Source: a bacterium (GTDB taxonomy: Bacteria; Electryoneota; Electryoneia; Electryoneales; Electryoneaceae). From it: DNA of 64,000 nt. Below the pieces are notes generated by a model. It ran no database searches. It was not told the DNA's origin and worked only from the letters and a program-made list of their open reading frames with translations. Positions within the stretch are counted from its first letter, which is position 1. Each line of letters begins with the position of its first letter. The position numbers and the translations under genes are program-made. The DNA is taken from contig JAZDLX010000184.1 of NCBI GenBank assembly GCA_043801585.1, forward strand, positions 1-64,000. Reading direction: 5' to 3'. Shown in pieces: positions 10,203 to 19,016 of this stretch.

Positions 10203-10443
10203 CCCTAATTGGTTCTATTGACTCCGTTTCCTCGAGGTTTCGGGATCGTGCCCAGGGGCTTGCCGCCTCCTGTTGACTTCTGGGCGCTTGAAGGATCTCG
10301 ACGTGTCCCTGGATATCCCCGGAAAACGCCGCAGTTAATTCAAGAATATTAAACACATAACAACGATAAAACCGACAATCGTCCGCAGGCATGGTTGGCA
10401 TCGGATCATAATTGCTCCAGAAGGGATCTTCGGAAGCCGTCAT
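10147..10443 (-). pseudogene. Short ORF, possibly a gene fragment
   Basis: Good SD (GGTAGGAG) before the ATG at 10443. PIRDEILAVIYLEAN is weakly reminiscent of a GAF-domain strand; lies in the decayed region. Confidence 0.25.
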
Positions 10444-10535
10444 CTCCTACCCCCTCTTGAACACGGAAACGGGGTAACAGAAGTTTGGAATTTCCAAGAT
10501 GATTCCAATGTCCTGATCAACGCAAACCGGATACG

Positions 10536-10570
10536 TTAGATGTGAAGGTTGCGATTAGATGTGAAGGTTG
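10536..10570. repeat. 16-bp perfect direct repeat TTAGATGTGAAGGTTG x2 (19-bp period)
   Basis: Copies at 10536-10551 and 10555-10570. Confidence 0.85.
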
Positions 10571-10701
10571 ATAGAGGAGCACAGAAGCGGATAGAATTAT
10601 CAGCATTTCGTTCCAACTCCTGCGAACAGCCCATCTTCCTTTGTAATCTCAGGTAGACTCCTAAACCTACAAGATCTTTTTACCAATGCAGGAGGAAAAA
10701 A

Positions 10702-12150
10702 GTGAGTACCCAGCCAAAACGCGTGGGCATTCTCGTGGGTGGTGGTCCTGCCCCCGGGATCAACAGCGTCATCGGCGCCGCAACGATCCGCTGTATCGTA
10801 AACGGCGCTGAAGTCATAGGAATTTATGATGGTTTCAAATGGCTCATGCAGGGTGACATTGATCACATCAAAGAGTTGACAATCGATCGAGTCAGCCGAA
10901 TCCACTTTCGCGGCGGCAGTTATATCGGTGTCTCGAGATCCAATCCTACCAAGGATCCCCGGGATCTCGAGAACACAGTCACCAGTCTGCTGCGCCTGAA
11001 TATCGACAAGTTGATTACCATCGGCGGCGACGATACCGCCTATTCCGCAATGAAGCTTGAGAAGATAGCGGACGGACGTATTCGCGTCGTTCACGTCCCC
11101 AAGACCATCGACAATGACCTGGATCTGCCCCACGGAATCTGCACGTTCGGATTCCAGACAGCTCGGCACCTCGGTGTCGATATTGTAAAAAACCTGATGG
11201 TGGACGCCAATACAACCAGCCGCTGGTTTTTCGTGATCACAATGGGCAGAAAAGCCGGACACCTTGCCCTGGGTATCGGCAAAGCCGCCGGAGCGACTCT
11301 CACTCTGATCCCCGAGGAATTCCACGACAAGAACAAGCTGACGATGAAGAAGCTGACGGATATCCTGGTCGGCGCCATCCTGAAACGCCTCTCCTACGGT
11401 CGGAGCGACGGTGTCGCTGTGTTGGCCGAAGGTCTCGTCGAGCACCTCTCCCCCGCAGATCTGAAAGCATTAGTGAACGTCGAACGGGATGCTCATGACA
11501 ACATTCGAATTGCGGAAATCAGCTTCGGGGAAATCCTCAAGAGTGCGGTGCAGCACAGGTTGGCGGAATTTGGAATCAAGACCACGATTATTGCAAAGAA
11601 CATCGGTTATGAACTTCGTTGCGCGGACCCGATCCCGTTCGACATGGAGTACACACGGGACCTCGGATTTGCTGCGGCTCAATTCCTGATGGAGGGTGGC
11701 AACGGCGCGATGGTTTCGATTCAGGACGGCCGTTTCGTCCCGATGTATTTCCATGATATTGTCGATCAGAAAACGGGACGCACCCGCATCCGCATGGTGG
11801 ACCCGAAATCGGAATCCTACCTGATCGGCCGCCGCTACATGATCCGATTGAATCAGGAAGATTTTGAGGATCCGCATGAACTCGCCAAGTACGCGGCAAC
11901 CTCCCATGTCTCACCGGAAGAGTTCCGCAAGCAGTTCTACTACCTGATCGCCGAAGACAGCAAATTCATCCGTACCACAATCAGCGGATGGGCGAAACGA
12001 GGATTGCACGGGAAAAACCACAAGGAAGAATCAACCGCAGCAGCAGGCTCAGCCCGTCCCGGAACGAGAACGTCCGGGAAAAAAGCATCTCCGGCGATAA
12101 AGAAGTCAAAAAACGCAGCAGGTGGCAGTAAAAGAGAGGGTCAGCATTAG
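10702..12150 (+). CDS. pfp: Pyrophosphate-dependent phosphofructokinase (diphosphate--fructose-6-phosphate 1-phosphotransferase)
   Basis: GGGPAPGIN, GGDDT and PKTIDND (the Asp and Lys that mark PPi use), TMGR and GYELR motifs; SD GGAGGA upstream. Confidence 0.92.
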   Translation: MSTQPKRVGILVGGGPAPGINSVIGAATIRCIVNGAEVIGIYDGFKWLMQGDIDHIKELTIDRVSRIHFRGGSYIGVSRSNPTKDPRDLENTVTSLLRLNIDKLITIGGDDTAYSAMKLEKIADGRIRVVHVPKTIDNDLDLPHGICTFGFQTARHLGVDIVKNLMVDANTTSRWFFVITMGRKAGHLALGIGKAAGATLTLIPEEFHDKNKLTMKKLTDILVGAILKRLSYGRSDGVAVLAEGLVEHLSPADLKALVNVERDAHDNIRIAEISFGEILKSAVQHRLAEFGIKTTIIAKNIGYELRCADPIPFDMEYTRDLGFAAAQFLMEGGNGAMVSIQDGRFVPMYFHDIVDQKTGRTRIRMVDPKSESYLIGRRYMIRLNQEDFEDPHELAKYAATSHVSPEEFRKQFYYLIAEDSKFIRTTISGWAKRGLHGKNHKEESTAAAGSARPGTRTSGKKASPAIKKSKNAAGGSKREGQH

Positions 12151-12225
12151 AAACAGGGGGTCATCCTGAATGCCGAAGGGTCGGCATGAAGGTTTTCTGA
12201 GTTCAGTTTAAACTCTGTAAACTCT

Positions 12226-12276
12226 GGGACAGTATGCTCACCTTGCCGTAAATCGGCAATGTGAGCATACTGTCCC
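12226..12276. repeat. Near-perfect 51-bp palindrome (REP-like) between convergent genes
   Basis: GGGACAGTATGCTCAC-c-TTGCCG-taaat-CGGCAA-t-GTGAGCATACTGTCCC; 22 of 23 pairs match. Confidence 0.8.
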
Positions 12277-12355
12277 TCGACTCTCACAAGCCTTTTTCAC
12301 AATCCGCCATAAAGCCAGAATGTCACCTTGTTCCAGTCCTCATTCACCTGCGCTG

Positions 12356-13198
12356 TCAGAACTTCAACACGTTGTACGTGCAGGTTTTGTACTCTTTGAT
12401 CTCATAGAACTGAGAATATCCGCGGAGGGATTCTGTGGAACCGAGCAGCAGGAAGCCATCCGTTTTCAGAATCCTGGCGGTTTTCTCGAACAGTCCTACC
12501 TTGAATTCATCGCGGAAATAGATGGCAACGTTTCGCATCATCACCAGGTCAAAGGGACCGCCGATGCCGTAGAAGGAATCCTGCAGATTGAATTTTCGGA
12601 AGGAGACGAACGCCTTGATCTCGTTTGAAATCTCCCACATCCGGCCATGCACCAAGAAATGCTTCAATTGAAGATCATGGGGCAATCCGCGACCCACGGA
12701 AAACACGTCGTACGTGCCCGAAATCGCCTGAAACAGCACAGCCTGCGAAATATCCGTACCGAGAACGTGGAACTGATCCGGATTGATCCTGATGCCGTTT
12801 TGTGCGGCCGCTTCCAGCACCAGAATCACAAAGCCGTAGGCTTCCTGACCGGTGGACGAAGCAGCACTCCAGACTCGCACACGCTCCCCACCCCGGATTT
12901 TATCGAGCAGGGAGGGCACGACAATCTCGTCAAGGAATCTCCAGGCGGATTCATCCCGGAACCAGAAGGTCTCGTGGGTGGTCATCGCGTCGATGATGCG
13001 ATCGCGCAGCTGCACGTTTCGGGATTTCGTAGCGTCGCTGTGCAGCTCGCTGAACGAGGAGTATCCATATTCGACGACAAGGTGGGACAACCGAGATTCG
13101 AGCAGGTATTCCTTTCCTCTGTCCAGGCGGATGCCACACTCACGCTCGATATATTCGCGCAAGCGTGCCGATTCCTGTTCTGTGATCGGTGCGATCAT
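12356..13198 (-). CDS. cheR: Chemotaxis protein-glutamate methyltransferase CheR
   Basis: TTHETFWFRD, RVWSAASSTGQEAY, GTDIS, FDLVMMRNVAIYF and LLGSTES motifs. Confidence 0.95.
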   Translation of the reverse strand: MIAPITEQESARLREYIERECGIRLDRGKEYLLESRLSHLVVEYGYSSFSELHSDATKSRNVQLRDRIIDAMTTHETFWFRDESAWRFLDEIVVPSLLDKIRGGERVRVWSAASSTGQEAYGFVILVLEAAAQNGIRINPDQFHVLGTDISQAVLFQAISGTYDVFSVGRGLPHDLQLKHFLVHGRMWEISNEIKAFVSFRKFNLQDSFYGIGGPFDLVMMRNVAIYFRDEFKVGLFEKTARILKTDGFLLLGSTESLRGYSQFYEIKEYKTCTYNVLKF

Positions 13199-14289
13199 GC
13201 GCGTCCAGCTTTTACAATGCTCACAATCCTGGAAGCGATGTCATTGAGCGGCAACACCTCATCCGCCTGGCCGGCCTTAACCAGCGATCCGGGCATGCCC
13301 CATACCACGCTGCTCTCATTGTCCTGTGCAATTGCATACGCCCCGGCCGAACGCAACGCACGCACCCCGGCCGTTCCATCCGATCCCATCCCTGTCAAAA
13401 TCACCGCAAGCACCTTGCCTCCGTACACCTTCGCGATGGATTCAAAAAGTCTGTCGACAGCCGGTTTGCAGTTATTGACAGGGGAAGAATCTTCCAGCAC
13501 CAGGCGCGTGTTCGCCGGAGTGCCACGCACGATCATGTGAAATCCGCCGGGGGCGATGTAGACATTTCCCGGTGATACGATCTCGTTAGCACGACCCTCT
13601 CGCACGCGGAGCGATGAAATCTGATCGAGTTGAGTTGCCAGGGTAGCGGTGAACAGCGGCGGCATGTGCTGGACAAGAAAGATCGGTACGCCGAAATCGC
13701 TTCGCAGCCGGGGAATGATCTGCCTCAGCGCCACCGGACCACCCGTGGATACTCCGATGGCCACCGCTTCGATGGCGACGGGAGGGGCGATTTCCCGTTT
13801 GAGCGGCGGGGCTGTTTCAAGGACCGTGGACGGCTCCCTGTCCGTCATCTTGGAGGAAACCGTGCGGATCGCACCTTTTTTTCGGTTTCGCACGACGTCG
13901 AGCAGCGGATAGAGCATTTCACTTAATTGTTTGAAGCTTTCGTCGGAAGTAAAGGCTGTGGGCTTGAGAACGAAATCCAGCGCGCCGCGCTGCAACGCCT
14001 TGATTGTCAATTGAGCGTGATTTTCGTTGACACCGCTGACCATGATGACTTCACCCGGGAGCCGGTCCTCCCGAAGCCGTCGAAGTACCTCCAACCCGTC
14101 AATTCCCGGCATCATCAAGTCAAGCAGAATCACATCCGGACGTTTTTCGCGTACAGCATCGAGAGCCTGGGTGCCGTCGATGATCAGTCCGACAACCTTC
14201 CCCTGAGGGTACTGCTCCACCACCCTCTTCAGGATCATCCGATAGGTTGCGGAATCGTCTACGATCAGGATATTCAGCGTCTCGCTCAC
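13195..14289 (-). CDS. cheB: Chemotaxis response regulator/methylesterase CheB
   Basis: N-terminal REC (IVDDS..LLDLMMP); GVSTGGP, VQHMP and LTGMGSDG catalytic motifs. Confidence 0.96.
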   Translation of the reverse strand: MSETLNILIVDDSATYRMILKRVVEQYPQGKVVGLIIDGTQALDAVREKRPDVILLDLMMPGIDGLEVLRRLREDRLPGEVIMVSGVNENHAQLTIKALQRGALDFVLKPTAFTSDESFKQLSEMLYPLLDVVRNRKKGAIRTVSSKMTDREPSTVLETAPPLKREIAPPVAIEAVAIGVSTGGPVALRQIIPRLRSDFGVPIFLVQHMPPLFTATLATQLDQISSLRVREGRANEIVSPGNVYIAPGGFHMIVRGTPANTRLVLEDSSPVNNCKPAVDRLFESIAKVYGGKVLAVILTGMGSDGTAGVRALRSAGAYAIAQDNESSVVWGMPGSLVKAGQADEVLPLNDIASRIVSIVKAGRA

Positions 14290-14420
14290 AAACCTTCCCC
14301 AGGCAACTGGTTCCTGTTGACGTTCATCCGAGATGTCGCCGTCTCATCGTCTTATTTCGCCGATCCATTCGGTAAAGCGACTGTTGAATTGCGTCAGGAT
14401 TCGCATCGTGATCCGATCTT

Positions 14421-14993
14421 TTACACTGCATCAGCAGGATGATCATTGACGGATTGTTTTGGATCCCGGAAGCCATCACGGCAGCGGTTCAGTACCCGTG
14501 TGACGTTCAGCAGAAGGATCAACTCATTGTTGTTTTTAATAACACCGTTGAGCATCATTTTCTTCTTTTCATCCAGATTCGAGGGCACGGGGCGTATGGC
14601 CTGACTGTCGATAACGATGGTCTCCTCGATACGGTCGATGAACAAACCGACGGTATCCTCGTTTTCGTACCCCAGTTCCATGACAACCTCGTCGCCACCC
14701 CTGATGCTGAGAAGCTCGCTCGTCGTCTTCAGGAACAGCAGCTTGGGATTTACCGCTGGTTCCTCTTTCTGCCCGAGGACGACGTTCATATCGATCACTG
14801 TGACAATCTTGCCACGGAGGTTGACCATGCCCATGAAAATGCCATGCGCTCCGGGAACCTCGGTGATGCCCAGCATATTATGGATTTCCTTGACGAGTTC
14901 GATCTGCACACCGAGCAGCGAGGAACCGACCCGAAAGGTGACCATGTGCAAAGTGCCGCTGTCATCCAGGTTTTTTGTCTCGTCCACGGTCAT
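14421..14993 (-). CDS. cheW: Chemotaxis coupling protein CheW
   Basis: VTFRVG..LGVQIELVKEI..ITEVPGA..GMVNLRGKIVTVID. Confidence 0.92.
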   Translation of the reverse strand: MTVDETKNLDDSGTLHMVTFRVGSSLLGVQIELVKEIHNMLGITEVPGAHGIFMGMVNLRGKIVTVIDMNVVLGQKEEPAVNPKLLFLKTTSELLSIRGGDEVVMELGYENEDTVGLFIDRIEETIVIDSQAIRPVPSNLDEKKKMMLNGVIKNNNELILLLNVTRVLNRCRDGFRDPKQSVNDHPADAV

Positions 14994-15005
14994 GTCTCCT
15001 GTCCG

Positions 15006-18000
15006 CTACTCTTTCGCATTGCCGACGTCCACACCGAGCAACTCCCACACCTTGGCAACCAACCGCTCCTTGTCAAGTTTCTCCTCCCAGTTATCAAAAC
15101 CCGCTTCTTTTCCCTGCTGGCGGGACGTTTCATCATCGAGTGCAGTCACGGCGATCACCGGCAAACTGGCGAGATTCGATTTCTTGCGGATCTCACGCAT
15201 CACCTCAAAACCGCTCATTCCGGGCATGATAATATCCAGCACTACCGCATCGAAGGATTCCCTGTCCAGCATCTCAAGCGCCTCAGCCCCGTTCTCCGCC
15301 AGTTTGACGCGGAATCCGGCAGATTCCAGGTACTTCTTCTCCATCATGCGGAAGAAGGGGGTGTCATCGACGATAAGCACCCGGGGGGCTTTTGCCGTTT
15401 TTGGGCGAGTCGTCTTTCCGCCGAATTTCCTGAATTGAGTTTCCTCGGGAAAAACCATGTCGAAGATTTCATACATGTTCGGCATCAGCGTGATTTTCTC
15501 CTCGAGGATGCTGCTTCCAAAAAGACCGGGCGCCACGATCGATTCAGTGTCCAGCTCGATCGTGGACTCGATGGTATCGATGATGTTTCGAAAGACGATC
15601 CCCACCGGATGTTTGTAGGTTTTCGGAACAAGCACTCCGAAATCTCCGTCGAGTGGATTTTTCGGACGCGCAATCGGAAGCATGTCATGCAGCATGATCA
15701 GGCGTAACTTTTCGCCCCGATACTGGTAATAGAGATTGTCATTGATCCACTCAATATCGTTTTTCCGGATTCGCTCGATGCGACTGATCAGTTGCAGCGG
15801 GATGGCAAAGCGCTCATCGGTTCCGTTGTCGAAAAGAAGCATTGAAACGGTTTCCTGGAGCTTTTCGATCTCTTTTTCCGCTGTCCGTTCCGCCTCCGCC
15901 GTGGCATCCTCGAACTCCCGGACACCCACGGCACCCGCCATCCCAGCCGGATCGAGAATCAACGCGACGGAACCATCCCCGAGAACAGTTGCTCCGCTAT
16001 AAAAACGCATCTTCTGAAAAAAGGAGGGAAGCGGTTTGACCACAATCTCATCCACGGCTTCAACCGTGCTGACCTGCATCGCAAACAGGGAAGCGCCAAA
16101 GCGCACGATGACAAATTGCACCGTCCCCTTCTGCATCCGAACAACCGACGCTGTTTCTCCTGCATCCTGCTTTTCCGTGGAGCCCTTTTCGTCCGATGAT
16201 GCGTGCGGGTTGCCGTTTTCGAGGTGAAGCAGATTCACCAACTTGAGGACAGGCAGGAGTTGATCGCGAAGCCGGAGTACTTCGACCCCCTGCACGGTGT
16301 TCACCTTGTTCTTCAAATCCTCGACACGAACACGCACCAGCTCATCGATGTTAATTTCCGGGATGATGAATTTCCGCCCGTTCACCTGGAAAACGAGACC
16401 CTTGACGATCGCGAGAGTCAACGGCAGGATCAGCCCGATACGGGTCCCTTTCCCCACCTTGGATTCGATATCGACACTGCCACTAAGCGATTCGATGTTC
16501 TTCAGCACAACGTCCATGCCAACACCGCGGCCCGAGAGGTTGGAAACCTGTTCGACCGTGGAAAAACCGGGCATGAAGATGATCCGCAATTTCTCCCGTT
16601 CGCTCATGGACTCCAGGGCTTCCTTCGAGATCTGCCCATTCTCCAACGCCTTCGCTGCGATTTTCGCGGGGTTTATCCCGTTTCCGTCGTCGATGATGTC
16701 GATATGAACCTGGCCGCCTTCCTGGTAGGCTTCGAAGCGTATGTTGCCTTGTGCTGATTTTCCGGATTTCTGCCGTTGCTCAGGGGTTTCGATGCCATGG
16801 TCGACAGCGTTGCGAACAAGGTGGGTCATTGGATCGACGAGCAGTTCAATGATCGTCTTGTCCACTTCAACGTTCTCGCCTTTCGTCTCCAGCACGATCT
16901 GCTTGCCTGTCTTCTTCGACAGGTCACGGACGGTTCGAGGGAACTTGCTGAACAGAACGCTCAATGGCTGCATTCGCAGAGTCATGATCTTTTCCTGGAT
17001 TTCCGTCGTCACCCAGGAGACGTTCTGCATTGAGAACTGCAATGCCTGTGACCCGGCGTCGGATATCCGGATCACCTCGCCGAGCTGATTACGGGCGAGG
17101 ACAAGCTCCCCGGCGAGATCCATCAGGTCGTTAAGCAGATTCACTGAAACGCGGAGCTTTTCGTTCGTCGTTTTCCGTTTCCGCAAATCCGCGAGTACAC
17201 GCGACTCCGCTGGCGTCGCACTTTTCTCGGAAGACTCCGCACTCCTGCCAGGCTCGCCGGCCGCTTCTACTCCCTTCGGCACAACATCTCCGGCTTCGGG
17301 CACATCCTCGGCTTCCTCCGCACTCAAGGCTGCCTCGGTATCATCCATGGATTTCTGTGGAGCGGGGGTTGGCACGGTGGTCACGGTGTCGCTCTTCATC
17401 GATTCCAGCGTTTCAAACGTTACCTGCTCAAACGCATCCCCGGAAACCTGGAGACCGCCTGCGATCAGGTCCGGGTCGAGGACGGTCGAATAATACATGT
17501 GCAGCGGTTTCCTGGCATCAACAGCTGCAGCAAGATCGATTGGATTGCCCTCAAGATCTGTGGAGGAGACAACTTTCCCCAGCCGTTCGATTTCACCCAC
17601 CCAGACGGAACCACTCGAAGGCCATTCGTTTTTCAAGGCGACATGATAAACGTATCGCCCCGATTCGATGAGATCGGCAAGCTGTTGCTTTGATACGCCT
17701 CTTCCGGTCGACTCCATCGGGCTGGTCTGCCGGGTGGATTCTGTTTCGGGCGTCTTTTTCGGTTCGGCTTTATCCGCCTGGGATTTTGCTTCCGGAGATT
17801 TATCTTTCGAGGTGCTGGAGGCTGTCCCTGCACTGACTTCCCGTTGATGGATCACCCGTTGCACCACGTCCTCGATGTCTTTCTTGTCACTGGCGGAAAG
17901 GTCCGAGAAAAGATCCTTGACGATATCAAAGCCATCAAAGAGCAGATCTATCAACTCCTGGGTGACGACAATTTTTCTGTCCCTGAGAAGCGAGAGGAGC

Positions 18001-18215
18001 GATTCCATCTCGTGGCTAAGATGACCGATATTCTCCAAACCAAAGAAACCGGCGCCGCCCTTGATGCTGTGAATCGCGCGAAAGATCCGGTTGATGATCT
18101 CGGGATCGGTGTCATCGCCGTTCTTTTCCAGCTCAAGCAGATCCGGTTCGATGATTGACAGGTTTTCCCTGGATTCGTCGAGGAACCCGGCCAGCAGTTC
18201 GGGATCATCAAACAT
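15006..18215 (-). CDS. cheA: Hybrid chemotaxis histidine kinase CheA (HPt, dimerisation, HATPase, two CheW domains, REC)
   Basis: IFRAIHSIKG (HPt), HLVRNAVDHGIE, DDGNGI, PGFST..SGRGVGMDVV, two CheW-like domains, and a C-terminal REC (IVDDT..LDIIMP). Confidence 0.96.
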   Translation of the reverse strand: MFDDPELLAGFLDESRENLSIIEPDLLELEKNGDDTDPEIINRIFRAIHSIKGGAGFFGLENIGHLSHEMESLLSLLRDRKIVVTQELIDLLFDGFDIVKDLFSDLSASDKKDIEDVVQRVIHQREVSAGTASSTSKDKSPEAKSQADKAEPKKTPETESTRQTSPMESTGRGVSKQQLADLIESGRYVYHVALKNEWPSSGSVWVGEIERLGKVVSSTDLEGNPIDLAAAVDARKPLHMYYSTVLDPDLIAGGLQVSGDAFEQVTFETLESMKSDTVTTVPTPAPQKSMDDTEAALSAEEAEDVPEAGDVVPKGVEAAGEPGRSAESSEKSATPAESRVLADLRKRKTTNEKLRVSVNLLNDLMDLAGELVLARNQLGEVIRISDAGSQALQFSMQNVSWVTTEIQEKIMTLRMQPLSVLFSKFPRTVRDLSKKTGKQIVLETKGENVEVDKTIIELLVDPMTHLVRNAVDHGIETPEQRQKSGKSAQGNIRFEAYQEGGQVHIDIIDDGNGINPAKIAAKALENGQISKEALESMSEREKLRIIFMPGFSTVEQVSNLSGRGVGMDVVLKNIESLSGSVDIESKVGKGTRIGLILPLTLAIVKGLVFQVNGRKFIIPEINIDELVRVRVEDLKNKVNTVQGVEVLRLRDQLLPVLKLVNLLHLENGNPHASSDEKGSTEKQDAGETASVVRMQKGTVQFVIVRFGASLFAMQVSTVEAVDEIVVKPLPSFFQKMRFYSGATVLGDGSVALILDPAGMAGAVGVREFEDATAEAERTAEKEIEKLQETVSMLLFDNGTDERFAIPLQLISRIERIRKNDIEWINDNLYYQYRGEKLRLIMLHDMLPIARPKNPLDGDFGVLVPKTYKHPVGIVFRNIIDTIESTIELDTESIVAPGLFGSSILEEKITLMPNMYEIFDMVFPEETQFRKFGGKTTRPKTAKAPRVLIVDDTPFFRMMEKKYLESAGFRVKLAENGAEALEMLDRESFDAVVLDIIMPGMSGFEVMREIRKKSNLASLPVIAVTALDDETSRQQGKEAGFDNWEEKLDKERLVAKVWELLGVDVGNAKE

Positions 18216-19016
18216 CGGTCCACCTCATTGCGATCTCGATCGTACAAAGCTGCGTCAACAGCAGAATATTTCCGACCTCTCGGTGAAAGAGGCCACCCTG
18301 ATGAACTGTGGCAAAGGCGTCTTCTCAGCAACAGACAGCCATTCGCTGCATGTCGTCAAAATGTAACGAAGATGCTCAACGTCAAATCCCAAATACTTAA
18401 ACTTGCTCTACACAGGCTTTCTTCCAAAGTCCATCAGGTGCTCCGCCGGGATAAAGTCCGGAAACAATGTCCCGTTCAGTTGCACAATAGGCTCAGTCAG
18501 AACCGTGACCACAGGATGTAGACGACAGAAGGTGCAAAATTCTGATGCACTATCGACCCACGCCCTACCCCGTCCTCCGATGTTTTTTTAAGCCGGGTCG
18601 CCACCGGATGAAAAGCGAAATCATCATACTCCGCTGGAAGCCACTACTATAACGGTATATGCGGGAATGGTAATGGGTTTGAAGACTTGCTCTTTCTGGA
18701 CATCACTCCGAGAGCGAGTTTGACAAGCCTTCCGGCCAAACTTGACAGGTTCCCACCCCTCCCTATAGCTTTCGGGACCAAGAGGGATGCCTATCCCCCG
18801 AAAGTCCTGTTTATTTATTGAAATACCAAAAATCCTGCACCCTGCAGCCGTCCAGTACAAGGGGTGATTGACGAGCGTATACTTTCCGCCTGCTAGGAGG
18901 GTTCCCTTGTTGAGAGGCCGAATACTTGATCCGTCGACACCTAGTTAGGACATCCTAATGCTGCTCTGCTGCCGTGTGTCCGGTACCGATGTTCCATGAA
19001 AGAGGGAGGGAAGACG

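Noticed and set aside
10536..10570. CRISPR mini-array
   Set aside because: Only two 16-bp copies with a 3-nt gap, no spacers and no cas genes.
18262..18279. EVGNIL, a CheC/CheX-like ExxN motif just upstream of cheA on the minus strand
   Set aside because: It sits in a short frame closed by a stop about 16 codons upstream with no start codon, so it is probably chance.
18860..18990. Riboswitch upstream of the FGE/ABC operon
   Set aside because: I could not match a cobalamin, TPP, SAM or c-di-GMP consensus by eye; an Rfam scan would be needed to exclude one.
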